64,000 bases of DNA from an uncultured Marinoscillum sp. (GTDB lineage: Bacteria > Bacteroidota > Bacteroidia > Cytophagales > Cyclobacteriaceae). Below, one piece after another: positions 18,461 through 28,078 of the stretch. The notes beneath the pieces are model-generated. The model had not been told where the DNA came from. It did not search any database and saw nothing but the letters and a program-made list of their open reading frames with translations. The DNA lies in NCBI GenBank assembly GCA_964353015.1, contig CAYGUA010000006.1:42407-106406 (forward strand), read 5' to 3'. The number at the start of each line of letters is the position of its first letter. The first letter of the stretch is position 1. A program made the position numbers and the translations under genes.

Positions 18461-20839
18461 TTATTCAGGTTTTAATTCATTGATATTTTTGGTTGGAACC
18501 AATACCTTATTCACTTTTTCTACAATGATTTCATTATCCACAACCAACTTTCCTTCACTCATAATAGTCTCGCTTGACGCACCGATCCTTACTTTGTACT
18601 CACCCGGCTCAATCACCCATGCAGATCTAGCTGAATCAAAAGATGCAAGTTCTCGGGCATTAATTTCAAAATCAATTTTTTGAGATTCTCCTGTCTGTAA
18701 CAGTTTGGTTTTAGCAAAACCCTTAAGCTCTTGAAAAGGTTTATCCATGGAAATGGCAGGAGCAGAAATATATAGCTGAACTACTTCTTTCCCGGCTACT
18801 TCTCCCGAATTTTTTATCTCCACTGAAACCATCGATTTGTCCACAAATGAGTCCGAACTTATATTAACGTCTGAATAATCAAAACTTGTATAAGACATTC
18901 CAAATCCAAAAGGAAAGGCTGGCTTGACGCCAAATGTCTGAAAATAGCGATATCCTACATAAATACCTTCGTCATAGACAACCTCAGAATCAAATCCCAA
19001 ACTCATGGCGCCCATTTTCTTTTCAACTGCTCCAGGTACATTTATTCCTGGGAAATTATCAGATGAGGACACATCATCGTACTTTTCAGGGAAAGTAGTA
19101 GTCAATTTCCCTGAAGGATTGACTTTACCAAGGACTACATCAGCTACCGCATGTCCGGCTTCCTGGCCTCCCTGCCAAGCTAGCAAAATAGCATCAGCAT
19201 AATCACTCCAGTTGGCTGTTTCAATCACATTTCCAATATTCAAGATTACTATGACTGGCTTTCCAGCAGCTCTGTAAGCTTTGGAAACAGTTTTGATCAT
19301 ATCTAATTCGGCTTGTGTCAGCTGATAATCAGCTTCCATTTCCCTATCCTGAAACTCACCGCAATTTCTAGATATGGTAATCATACCGACATCAGTTGAT
19401 TTGACCTGATCGTTCAATAATGCGGCATCCAATATCAGCTCTGGGATTGGAGGCAAAAGAGAAAAGAAAAATTCCTTTTTAGGAAGTTTGGCTTTTTCAA
19501 CCTCAATGTATTTTTCATAAACATCTCTCAGGTTTTGATCTACAGGTTTATTTGCCTTTTCAAAACCTTCAACAAGTGATACGGTATAAGCCTCATTCAC
19601 ATCACCACTACCAGTTCCACCGGCTACAAAATCATACGAACCAACTCCAAAAGCAGCTATTTTATTGATTGAAGTTGATAATGGTAATGTCTTATTATTA
19701 TTTTTCAATAAAACCGCACCTTCAGCTGCAGCTCTTCTGGCCAGATCAGCATGTGCCGGTAGGTCTGGTTTATCAGAATATTTATAACCAGAAAATGAAT
19801 TGGACTTAAATACAGTTTTTAAAATACGAGAGACATTGGCATCTAAAATCTTTTCGTCCAAATTTCCACTTTTCACTGCTTCTGCAATCATTTTTGACTG
19901 GTTTACATTACCAGGCATGATTATATCATTACCCGCTTTCATTTGTTGCACAGGATCATCTCCTGCAAACCAATCTGTAGTCACCATACCTTCAAATCCC
20001 CACTCATCTCGCAATATGGTATTGAGCAATTCACCATTTTGTGAAGTATAAATTCCGTTGAGCTTATTATATGAACTCATCACCGTCCATGGCTGAGCTT
20101 CCTTTACAGCTATTTCAAATCCCCGCAAATATATTTCCCGTAATGCACGCTCACTTACAATCACATCAACTGACATGCGGTTAGTTTCCTGATTGTTTGC
20201 CACAAAATGCTTCAGCGAAGTGCCTACACCATTTGACTCTATGCCATTAATCATAGCAGCTCCCAGTTTACCACCAATCAATGGATCTTCAGAATAATAT
20301 TCGAAATTCCGACCTGAAAGTGGATTTCTATGAATATTCATAGCAGGTGCTAACAGCACATCAACTCCATAATCACGCACTTCTTCACCCATTGCTATTC
20401 CAACTTGATTCACCAAATCAATATCCCAACTCGAAGCAAGCAACGATGCAATCGGAAAAGCTGTGCAATAAAAAGTCTGGTCGGTTCCTTCTCTTGTAGG
20501 ATTGATTCGCAAACCGGCTGGGCCATCTGCCAAGATCATCCCGGCTATTCCCAATTCAGGATAATCAATTGTACTTCCTGCTTGGCCTGATACTTTTTCG
20601 GCGGTTTTGGGTGGCGGCATACCAGGTAGCTCAAAGCCAATCCCAACAACCATTTCGGCTTTCTGATCTACAGTTAGGCGATCAATCAAATCGTTCACTC
20701 GCTTGTCTATATCCAGAGTCATATCTTCATAAGGCTCTATGGAGCCGTTTCCATTTAGATCATCAGCCATATTGATCTTCTTGCTGCAAGAAGTAAAAAC
20801 AAAGCTGCCAATAAGGAGGGTGTAAATAAGTTTTTTCAT
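18461..20839 (-). CDS. Glycoside hydrolase family 3 beta-glucosidase (lipoprotein)
   Basis: Lipobox (FVFTSCSK). GH3 N- and C-terminal domains with the nucleophile context [18 protein letters not shown] motif. C-terminal fibronectin-like domain. Confidence 0.9.
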   Translation of the reverse strand: MKKLIYTLLIGSFVFTSCSKKINMADDLNGNGSIEPYEDMTLDIDKRVNDLIDRLTVDQKAEMVVGIGFELPGMPPPKTAEKVSGQAGSTIDYPELGIAGMILADGPAGLRINPTREGTDQTFYCTAFPIASLLASSWDIDLVNQVGIAMGEEVRDYGVDVLLAPAMNIHRNPLSGRNFEYYSEDPLIGGKLGAAMINGIESNGVGTSLKHFVANNQETNRMSVDVIVSERALREIYLRGFEIAVKEAQPWTVMSSYNKLNGIYTSQNGELLNTILRDEWGFEGMVTTDWFAGDDPVQQMKAGNDIIMPGNVNQSKMIAEAVKSGNLDEKILDANVSRILKTVFKSNSFSGYKYSDKPDLPAHADLARRAAAEGAVLLKNNNKTLPLSTSINKIAAFGVGSYDFVAGGTGSGDVNEAYTVSLVEGFEKANKPVDQNLRDVYEKYIEVEKAKLPKKEFFFSLLPPIPELILDAALLNDQVKSTDVGMITISRNCGEFQDREMEADYQLTQAELDMIKTVSKAYRAAGKPVIVILNIGNVIETANWSDYADAILLAWQGGQEAGHAVADVVLGKVNPSGKLTTTFPEKYDDVSSSDNFPGINVPGAVEKKMGAMSLGFDSEVVYDEGIYVGYRYFQTFGVKPAFPFGFGMSYTSFDYSDVNISSDSFVDKSMVSVEIKNSGEVAGKEVVQLYISAPAISMDKPFQELKGFAKTKLLQTGESQKIDFEINARELASFDSARSAWVIEPGEYKVRIGASSETIMSEGKLVVDNEIIVEKVNKVLVPTKNINELKPE

Positions 20840-20934
20840 GTTGTTTTTTTTAATGCGTCATATTGACACATTAAAACTATAGAAATATTTATCTTTATCC
20901 AAATTATCATCACTTCTGCGATAACTTGTGCCAC

Positions 20935-21684
20935 ATGATTTCCCTAGATTACACCGATTTACTCCCAGGCTTATCAGTTGATTGCGTGATATTTGGCTTT
21001 CACGACAGGGAAATGAGGGTTTTGCTTCTTAGGATGAAGGGGCAGGACAAATGGGCTTTGCCTGGCGGATTTATAGGCAAAAATGAAAATGTAGATCTTG
21101 CAGCGGTCCGCGTACTAAAATTAAGAACGGGTCTTGACAACATTTTTCTTCAGCAATTTTATCTTTTTGGAAATATCGATCGAAGTAGTGCCAACAATGG
21201 TCAAAATCTGGTGAATGAAGGAATCATCCCGGAAAGTGCACTTTCGTGGTTCAATCAGCGATTCAATACGCTTGGTTATTATGCTTTGGTTGAATATTCG
21301 TTGGTAAATAACCCTTCACCAGACAATATATCTGACCAATGCGAATGGCATGCTATAAGCCACTTACCTGATCTAATCATAGATCATTTGGAAATCCTCA
21401 ATAAAGCTTATCATACGCTTCAGGATCATATTTCCAATAAACCTATTGGACTGAATTTGCTGCCAAAAAAATTCACCATGCCTGAGTTGCACGCTTTATA
21501 TGAAACCGTACTTGATATTAAAATTGACAGAAGGAATTTTCAGCGTAAAATGCTCAGTTCCAATATTCTAATCAAGACTGATGAAAAGAAAGAAGGCGGG
21601 GCACACAAATCCCCTTGGCTATATACTTTTGATTTGATAAAATATCAAAATGCATTAGACAAGGGGCTTTATACTAGTTGGTAG
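20935..21684 (+). CDS. NrtR-like transcriptional regulator (degenerate Nudix domain plus C-terminal winged helix)
   Basis: The Nudix box is degenerate: GGFIGKNENVDLAAVRVLKLRTGL lacks the R-E-x-x-E-E glutamates. The C-terminal FTMPELHALYETVLDIKIDRRNFQRKM resembles the NrtR wHTH. ATG at 20935 is preferred over the listed TTG at 20926. Confidence 0.7.
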   Translation: MISLDYTDLLPGLSVDCVIFGFHDREMRVLLLRMKGQDKWALPGGFIGKNENVDLAAVRVLKLRTGLDNIFLQQFYLFGNIDRSSANNGQNLVNEGIIPESALSWFNQRFNTLGYYALVEYSLVNNPSPDNISDQCEWHAISHLPDLIIDHLEILNKAYHTLQDHISNKPIGLNLLPKKFTMPELHALYETVLDIKIDRRNFQRKMLSSNILIKTDEKKEGGAHKSPWLYTFDLIKYQNALDKGLYTSW

Positions 21685-21709
21685 TTTCCGACCACAGCAT
21701 TTCATTAGA

Positions 21710-22369
21710 TCAATTCCCTCTTTCCATGTCGGTTCCAACTATGGATAAATAGACCTCCTCAGATAAATACTGCGGCTCGTAAGTGACACCCAGATTTGAT
21801 AGATTTTTCACAAAAGCTCTTAAATGATTTCTAGAAGCACGCATCAAGTTATCAAAAGTAAGCACCACATCATCATGCCCTACTGCAAGAGTAAGTAGAT
21901 TTTGGATGTCAAGGATATCAATTTCCTCAATCGCAGCTCCTACTTGATATGAAGCCACAGTATTTTCACTACCTACCGCTATCAATGTTTTATAAAGTTC
22001 GAGCAAATCTTCATTTTGAAAAACGCCTGTAGTATTATCTAAAATTGGATCTTCAATTTGATAATTATTAAGCAAAGTCAAAACCGCATCCATATGTGTC
22101 TGCTCACTGGCTGAAATATTGGTAAAAACCTGAGAATTTACAGTTTCATTTAGTTTGAAATAAACATCTCGGGCAAGTTTTTCTTCTTCCCGCAAGAAAA
22201 CTATGGATGCTGTCAGTTCATCGCCCAGTACAGTTTCACTTACAGTTTGATTTTGATCAAGTACCAGATTTGCGTCAGATGCAGGAGTCACATCAGCGGA
22301 CTGATCATTACAACCAAACATAAAAGCTGCTAATATGAAGGCTGAAAATAAGATTTGTAGATTTTTCAT
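21710..22369 (-). CDS. DUF2202 (ferritin-like) lipoprotein
   Basis: Lipobox (AFMFGCND). The EEKLARDVY motif and a second half-repeat (MRASRNHLRAF) are typical of DUF2202. Confidence 0.65.
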   Translation of the reverse strand: MKNLQILFSAFILAAFMFGCNDQSADVTPASDANLVLDQNQTVSETVLGDELTASIVFLREEEKLARDVYFKLNETVNSQVFTNISASEQTHMDAVLTLLNNYQIEDPILDNTTGVFQNEDLLELYKTLIAVGSENTVASYQVGAAIEEIDILDIQNLLTLAVGHDDVVLTFDNLMRASRNHLRAFVKNLSNLGVTYEPQYLSEEVYLSIVGTDMERGN

Positions 22370-22475
22370 GGTTTTACATTTTAGTTAAATACCTAATATG
22401 AAAAACGCCGTTAAAAAAGCTAAGTTGGTAACAAAAGTTACCTTGATAAGACTTATTTTAAAATAATTCGAGGTT

Positions 22476-23501
22476 TCAAAAATGCTTCCAACCCTGGGCC
22501 TTAAGCGCTATTACATTGTTATTTCTCGTAACCATAACATTCCCCTTTTCAAGCTCCTGCATATATCCAATAGTATGAATATCTGGATGATTTTTGATTT
22601 TCTCAAAATCACTTTGAGGTATTGTAAAAAGTAATTCGTAATCTTCACCGCCGTTTAGGGCACAGGTATTTGGGTCAATACTGAATTCCGCTGCTGTTTC
22701 GTAAGTTTCTTTATCAATTGGCAGTTTATCTTCATACACAGCCACACCCAAACCGGATTGCTTGCAAATATGAAATAGATCAGATGCGAGACCATCTGAA
22801 ACATCAATCATTGATGTTGGCTTCACGCCCAATTCTTTCAATTCATGAATGATATCCATTCTTGCTTTTGGTTTCAACTGCCTACCTACCACGTATGGAT
22901 AATTGTCAAGCTTAGGCTGCATATTTGGATTAGCTACAAATTCCTGCTTCTCTCTGTTTAGAATTTGAAGTCCAACATAAGCTCCACCCAAATCACCAGT
23001 AACACAAAGAATATCTTTATTTTGGGCTCCATTGCGATAGGCAATGGTATCTTTTGTTGCTGACCCAATAGCTGTAATAGAAATAACCAAACCAGATTGC
23101 GAAGAAGTGGTATCCCCACCTACCAAATCCACCTTAAAAGCCTCGCAAGCAGCATGAATGCCACTATATAAAGCCTCCACAGCTTCTACAGAAAACCTAT
23201 TACTAAGTCCGAGACTGACGGTGATCTGTTTTGGAGTGCCATTCATGGCTGCAATATCTGAAACATTGACAGCCACGGCTTTAAATCCAAGATGTTGCAA
23301 TGGAGCATAAGACAAATCAAAATGCACTCCTTCAAGTAGCAAATCAGTGGTAATCAAAGTCAAATCATTACCATTGTCGAATACAGCAGTATCATCTCCA
23401 ATACCTTTGATTGTTTCCTGGTTGTAAATCTTTACATCTGCTGATAATCTTTCGATCAATCCAAATTCCCCTATTTCGCCTATTTCGGTTCGCTTTTCCA
23501 T
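22476..23501 (-). CDS. thiL: Thiamine-monophosphate kinase
   Basis: AIR-synthase-related fold motifs GDDTAV, VNVSDIAAMG-like and GGEDYELLFT. The start was moved to the ATG at 23501 (MEKRTEIGEIGEFGLIERL) because the listed 5' extension overlaps the upstream gene. Confidence 0.88.
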   Translation of the reverse strand: MEKRTEIGEIGEFGLIERLSADVKIYNQETIKGIGDDTAVFDNGNDLTLITTDLLLEGVHFDLSYAPLQHLGFKAVAVNVSDIAAMNGTPKQITVSLGLSNRFSVEAVEALYSGIHAACEAFKVDLVGGDTTSSQSGLVISITAIGSATKDTIAYRNGAQNKDILCVTGDLGGAYVGLQILNREKQEFVANPNMQPKLDNYPYVVGRQLKPKARMDIIHELKELGVKPTSMIDVSDGLASDLFHICKQSGLGVAVYEDKLPIDKETYETAAEFSIDPNTCALNGGEDYELLFTIPQSDFEKIKNHPDIHTIGYMQELEKGNVMVTRNNNVIALKAQGWKHF

Positions 23502-23521
23502 TTTCTTATTGAGGATGTTGA

Positions 23522-23923
23522 TTAGATTATTTCCTGACAAAGTTCTACTAATACGCCATTTGTGCTTTTCGGATGAAGAAAACAAACAAGTTTATTATCG
23601 GCTCCTTTCTTTGGTGAATCATTGAGAAGTATAAATCCCAAATCACTTAATCTCTTCATTTCAAAATGAATATCATCCACCTCAAATGCAATATGATGAA
23701 TTCCTTCTCCCTTTTTGGTTAGGTATTTTGAGATTGCTCCCTCCTCATTCGTAGATTCAAGCAGCTCAATTTTATTCGGCCCAATTTTGAAAAATGACGT
23801 TTCAACTGACTCACTGGCAACTGCTTCTGACTTATAAGCACGCTCACCAAACAACTTTGCAAAAAGTTCATTGGCTTCATTAAGGTTTTTTACCGCAATT
23901 CCAATATGCTCAATACGTACCAT
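23522..23923 (-). CDS. mce: Methylmalonyl-CoA epimerase (VOC/glyoxalase family)
   Basis: MVRIEHIGIAV...GEGIHHIAFEV...GVLVEL pattern, about 133 aa. The start was moved to the ATG at 23923. Confidence 0.8.
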   Translation of the reverse strand: MVRIEHIGIAVKNLNEANELFAKLFGERAYKSEAVASESVETSFFKIGPNKIELLESTNEEGAISKYLTKKGEGIHHIAFEVDDIHFEMKRLSDLGFILLNDSPKKGADNKLVCFLHPKSTNGVLVELCQEII

Positions 23924-24032
23924 GATCTCCCAAATGTGTATTAGTTTTGCAAAAGTGCGGAAACTTTTCCTCGATCCGAAAGGTTTCCATAACTCATATA
24001 ACAATTGCTAATAAGCTCTAAAAAATAAAACC

Positions 24033-24359
24033 ATGATTAGTGTTACTGAAAAAGCCAAGGAAAGAATTGTTGAGATTAGACTGGAAGAGGGACACACACC
24101 AAATCACAACGTACGTGTCGCTGTAAAAGGTGGAGGATGCTCAGGCTTGATGTACGATTTGCTTTTTGACGAAAACTTAACAGATAGTGATCAAGTTTTT
24201 GAAGACAAAGGAGTAAAAGTTATCGTTGATAAAAAAAGCTTACTTTATTTGGTGGGTACAACACTCGATTTTTCCGATGGATTAAATGGTAAAGGTTTTC
24301 AATTTGTAAATCCAAATGCTAGCAGAACATGCGGCTGTGGAGAAAGTTTTTCTATCTAA
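24033..24359 (+). CDS. Iron-sulfur cluster insertion protein (IscA/ErpA/HesB family)
   Basis: 108 aa with GGGCSG and the C-terminal CGCGESF motif. Confidence 0.9.
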   Translation: MISVTEKAKERIVEIRLEEGHTPNHNVRVAVKGGGCSGLMYDLLFDENLTDSDQVFEDKGVKVIVDKKSLLYLVGTTLDFSDGLNGKGFQFVNPNASRTCGCGESFSI

Positions 24360-24385
24360 TTCATTTAAAATTTTAATAATAATTA

Positions 24386-24409
24386 GGCCGCCAAAAGCGG
24401 CCTTTTTTT
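24386..24409 (+). terminator. Intrinsic terminator after the IscA-like gene
   Basis: GGCCGC-caaaa-GCGGCC followed by TTTTTTT. Confidence 0.85.
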
Positions 24410-24691
24410 ATGCCCTAAAAAGTAAGTCATTTCTTCACCTTTTTACATGTAAAAAATACACTTTACATTATACACTATCCACATTACCGCATAAAAATCA
24501 CTGATTTTACAAAATCACATCACATTCCTAATATTCACAATATTCTTGTAATATTCATATTTCACCTTTCCCAATTACTTTTAAACATGCCATTTATTGA
24601 TTTTTATTGTCGATTTATCGAAAATAATTCAAAAAGGATATTTATTTATTTATATTTCGGTTAAGTAAAAGAGCAAGTAATTTTAGAAATA

Positions 24692-24856
24692 ATGAAAACA
24701 TTAAGCGTATTAGGAGTAGCAGTATTGGCACCATTGGCCGCACTTTTTTTCATACTTACAATAGCATGGAAAACTTTAGAGGCCTTGATTGAATACACAT
24801 TCAAATCAGAGCGAGGTGTTGAAGCAGAATCTATCTCACACACGATAGCGGATTAG
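24692..24856 (+). CDS. Possible small single-pass membrane protein (54 aa, below the ORF-track cutoff)
   Basis: Hand translation gives MKTLSVLGVAVLAPLAALFFILTIAWKTLEALIEYTFKSERGVEAESISHTIAD*. It has an ATG start, one clear TM helix and a charged tail. A TAtaTTTc (-7-like) box lies about 35 nt upstream. It sits in a 716-bp gap upstream of the CotH gene. Confidence 0.35.
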   Translation: MKTLSVLGVAVLAPLAALFFILTIAWKTLEALIEYTFKSERGVEAESISHTIAD

Positions 24857-25075
24857 TTAGACTGCAGGTGATATATCATTACCCTATTCGAATTAATTAG
24901 GGTTTAAGTCTTTTACGTTTATTCCAATATTTTAATCGAGGAAAAAACTTCTGAAAAAATTTCATCTTGCTCTTTTTTGGGAATTTTTCATCCTTGTTAT
25001 TCGCAAAATCACACACCGAATAATCCAAGCAAACCAATGTTAAATAGTTAGTATCTTGAGTCTAGATTCAACTCT

Positions 25076-26602
25076 ATGAGATACCTAAAAGCAGTTGTGC
25101 TGATATTCGCTTCACTTTTATGTGAAGCACAGTTTAAAGAAGTAGATGATAATGTTCTATTTCATGATACAGATATTCCAAAAATAGAAATAACCATTTC
25201 TACAGACGATTTGGCCTATATTCTTGATGATTCTAATACACAAAGCGATCTCGAATTTCCTGCCTCATTCACTTTCACTTCCAATTCATATTCTGCATTT
25301 GAAGACAATGTTGGTTTCCGCTTAAGAGGAAATACATCTAGAAATGCTGCCAAAAAATCCTTCAAGGTTTCCTTTAACACTTTCGAAAAAGGAAGGGATC
25401 TGGAAGGGATCGAAAAACTTAACTTGAATGGCGAGCACAATGACCCAACAATAAGCAGATCAAAGATTTGCTGGGATATATTCAACAGCTTGGGTGTGAC
25501 ATCCTCAAGAAGTAATCACGTGGAATTATATATCAATGATCAATATTTTGGACTCTATATCAATGTGGAACATGTAGATGAAGAATTCATCGATTCGAGA
25601 TTCAAAAATGAAGATGGAAATCTGTTCAAGTGTTTGTATCCTGCAGATCTAAAATATAAAGGAGATGGTGCTGACAACTATAAATTTGAATCAGGTGGAA
25701 GAAGAGCTTACGAGTTGACAACCAATGAAGATCTGGACGATTATAGCGGATTGGCACATTTCATTAAAGTATTGAATCAAACTTCCAATGCGGAGTTTGA
25801 AACCGAAATCAACAAAGTCTTTGATGTGACCAGCTATCTCAAAGCATTAGCTGTAGAAGTATTGGTGGCACATTGGGATAATTACGGCATAAATCAGAAC
25901 AACTTCTATCTCTACGAAAACCCAGACGATGGTAAGTTTTATTACATTCCTTTTGACTTAGACAACACGCTAGGTGTAGACTGGTTTAATGTAGATTGGG
26001 CAGATTGGAACATTTATGAATGGTATAACGACAATAGGCCATTGACCAAGAGAATAATGGAAGTGGATGTTTTTAGGGCTCAATTTTCGCAAATCATTTA
26101 TAGATTATTGAACAATGAATTTTCACCTGAAACCCTGTTGCCAAAAGTTGATGAATTAAAAATAAAGATCCAGGATGCTGCAGAAAGAGATCAATACAGA
26201 ACCTATGATTATGGTTTTACTATCGCCAATTTCAATACAAGTTTCGAAAATCGCCTGGATCAGTTTCAAGTGAGATATGGCTTGAAGGAATTTATTCAAA
26301 AGCGTTACAACACTGCATTGATTCAATTGGATGATGTGACCTTATCGGCTAAATTTCCCATTGCTGAATTCAATATTTTCCCAAATCCCTCCAGATCTAT
26401 GATCGATATATCCGTGCCTAATTATACTGAGCCAAATGAAGTGTCAATCTATTCTCTTGACGGGAAATTAATGTTTGATAAGCTTGTGTTCTCAAATCAG
26501 TTTCAGATCGAACCCAACCTAAAGGAAGGAATTTATCTTCTAAAAATAACTTCAGATAAAGGTGAGTCAATCGCCACGCGCAGGATTCAAATAATTCAAT
26601 AA
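25076..26602 (+). CDS. CotH-family (atypical kinase fold) protein with T9SS C-terminal sorting domain
   Basis: Signal peptide. CotH-like blocks (FRLRGNTSR, LNLNGEHNDPTISRSKI, NNFYLYENPDDGKFYYIPFDLDNTLG). C-terminal Por_Secre_tail pattern (FPNPSRSMIDISV...VSIYSLDGKLMF...GIYLLKITSDKGESIATRRIQII). Confidence 0.85.
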   Translation: MRYLKAVVLIFASLLCEAQFKEVDDNVLFHDTDIPKIEITISTDDLAYILDDSNTQSDLEFPASFTFTSNSYSAFEDNVGFRLRGNTSRNAAKKSFKVSFNTFEKGRDLEGIEKLNLNGEHNDPTISRSKICWDIFNSLGVTSSRSNHVELYINDQYFGLYINVEHVDEEFIDSRFKNEDGNLFKCLYPADLKYKGDGADNYKFESGGRRAYELTTNEDLDDYSGLAHFIKVLNQTSNAEFETEINKVFDVTSYLKALAVEVLVAHWDNYGINQNNFYLYENPDDGKFYYIPFDLDNTLGVDWFNVDWADWNIYEWYNDNRPLTKRIMEVDVFRAQFSQIIYRLLNNEFSPETLLPKVDELKIKIQDAAERDQYRTYDYGFTIANFNTSFENRLDQFQVRYGLKEFIQKRYNTALIQLDDVTLSAKFPIAEFNIFPNPSRSMIDISVPNYTEPNEVSIYSLDGKLMFDKLVFSNQFQIEPNLKEGIYLLKITSDKGESIATRRIQIIQ

Positions 26603-26614
26603 GCCAAAGCATGA

Positions 26615-26644
26615 AAAAGGCCGCCTTAACCAAAGCAGCCTTTT
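26615..26644 (+). terminator. Probable intrinsic terminator after the CotH gene
   Basis: AAAAGGCcGC-cttaaccaaa-GCaGCCTTTT: an imperfect stem with one mismatch, and a T-run forming part of the 3' arm. Confidence 0.5.
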
Positions 26645-26725
26645 GTCATCATCAACCTAACCATTAACCTGAACCATAAGACCCTCATACAGGCAAAAAG
26701 GATGCAACGGAACTGCCTTGAATTA

Positions 26726-27328
26726 TTATTTCTCTTTCAGAACGGAGGTAATTTTATTTAACTCTTTGATTTTCTCCTGAAAATTTCCTTTCAGTTTATC
26801 GCGGATTGATTTCAGATTTGACAGCAATTCATCTGTTTCTTCTGGCAAAGTTTCCTCCAAAACTTCTCTGAATCTTTTTGCAAAAGTTGGTGATTGACCG
26901 TTGGTACTTATTCCAACTTTAAGATTTCCACGCTTTACGGTAGACCCAAGGTAGAAATCACATAAGTGAGGCGTATCCGCCACATTCATCAATAAATGCC
27001 TTTTTTCTGCGTGTTTTTTAATTTTTGCATGAAGCTTTGGTTGATCAGTAGCCAGAATAGCCATATCAACCTGTTTTAAATCTCCTTTTCTGAATTTTCT
27101 TTCTTTAATCACCAGATTTGGCGTGACCGATTGCAAATCCTTGATTTCTTGTCTGATCTCAGGCGCTACTAATTTCACTCTTGCGTTAATATCATTCTTC
27201 AAAAGTGCTTCTAGCTTTTCCAAACCAACATTTCCGCCACCAACTATCAAAGTTTGAATCTGATCTAATTTGATGAAAATAGGAAAGAGTGGATTCCCTG
27301 TATCAACCTTTTCTTCTGAATCTGCCAT
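26726..27328 (-). CDS. Precorrin-2 dehydrogenase / sirohydrochlorin ferrochelatase (SirC/Met8-like, CysG N-terminal type)
   Basis: Rossmann motif VGGGNVGLEK near the N-terminus. About 200 aa. Located directly downstream of cobA. The start was moved to the ATG at 27328 (MADSEEK...). Confidence 0.8.
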   Translation of the reverse strand: MADSEEKVDTGNPLFPIFIKLDQIQTLIVGGGNVGLEKLEALLKNDINARVKLVAPEIRQEIKDLQSVTPNLVIKERKFRKGDLKQVDMAILATDQPKLHAKIKKHAEKRHLLMNVADTPHLCDFYLGSTVKRGNLKVGISTNGQSPTFAKRFREVLEETLPEETDELLSNLKSIRDKLKGNFQEKIKELNKITSVLKEK

Positions 27329-27332
27329 TTTT

Positions 27333-28076
27333 CTAATCTTTGAAAGCATGAATGGAATGAGCCTTAGCTGCCCCTTCACCAAAAATAAGCAAGGTAGGTG
27401 CGTCCGGTTTTTTCTGATTGTATAACTCCACAATCGTATCTACTGTTCCTGAAAAAACTGTTGCAGCTTCTAGCGAACCATTGGAAATCACCGCAACGGG
27501 AAGCTGTCCTCTTCCTGCCTTTTGATATTCTGAAACAATCAAATCCAACTTTCTCGAACCCATAAAAAACACAGTTGAGGCTGAAAATTTGGCTGCATTC
27601 ACCACTTCTTCGCTAAGCTCACCTTCAGCCGTGGTGGCTGTAACTGCAGTGAAGCTTTGATTGATTCCTCTTGTGGTCAAGGGAATCCCATAATATCCAG
27701 GCAACATGATGCTACTGATACCAATTACAACTGCTGATTTAATGCCGAATTTTTCCGCATAGGATATTTCTTCCAGTCCTCTTGCGAAAACAAATGGATC
27801 ACCGCCTTTGAGCCTGACTACATGTTGACCTCCGGATTTCAATGCGTGTTCAACAATCAATTCGTTGATTTCTGTTTGGGTCACACTGTATTTACCAGCT
27901 CTTTTACCAACGAAAACCAAATCAGCGTCTTTGGCATGCAAGAGCACATCAGGATGAACCAAAGCATCATAAAGCACAACATCGGCTGCCTGAAGTGCTT
28001 TTACACCTTTCAAAGTGATTAAATCAGGATCGCCGGGACCAGCTCCAACTAAAGTAAGTCTCGGTTCCTTTGCCAT
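27333..28076 (-). CDS. cobA: Uroporphyrinogen-III C-methyltransferase
   Basis: LVGAGPGDPDLITLKG motif and typical SUMT length. Confidence 0.9.
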   Translation of the reverse strand: MAKEPRLTLVGAGPGDPDLITLKGVKALQAADVVLYDALVHPDVLLHAKDADLVFVGKRAGKYSVTQTEINELIVEHALKSGGQHVVRLKGGDPFVFARGLEEISYAEKFGIKSAVVIGISSIMLPGYYGIPLTTRGINQSFTAVTATTAEGELSEEVVNAAKFSASTVFFMGSRKLDLIVSEYQKAGRGQLPVAVISNGSLEAATVFSGTVDTIVELYNQKKPDAPTLLIFGEGAAKAHSIHAFKD

Positions 28077-28078
28077 TG

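Noticed and set aside
18339-18683. 114-aa plus-strand ORF across the GNAT/GH3 junction.
   Set aside because: It is antisense to two strongly supported minus-strand genes and has no motifs.
22476-24004. Long N-terminal extensions in the ORF track for thiL (to 23585) and the epimerase (to 24004). The same issue affects sirC (to 27433), the CBS gene (to 45756), the FAN1-like gene (from 57487) and the SGNH gene (from 56127).
   Set aside because: The extensions overlap the neighbouring gene or have non-protein-like sequence. Internal ATGs give N-termini that match the family consensus, so the starts were trimmed.
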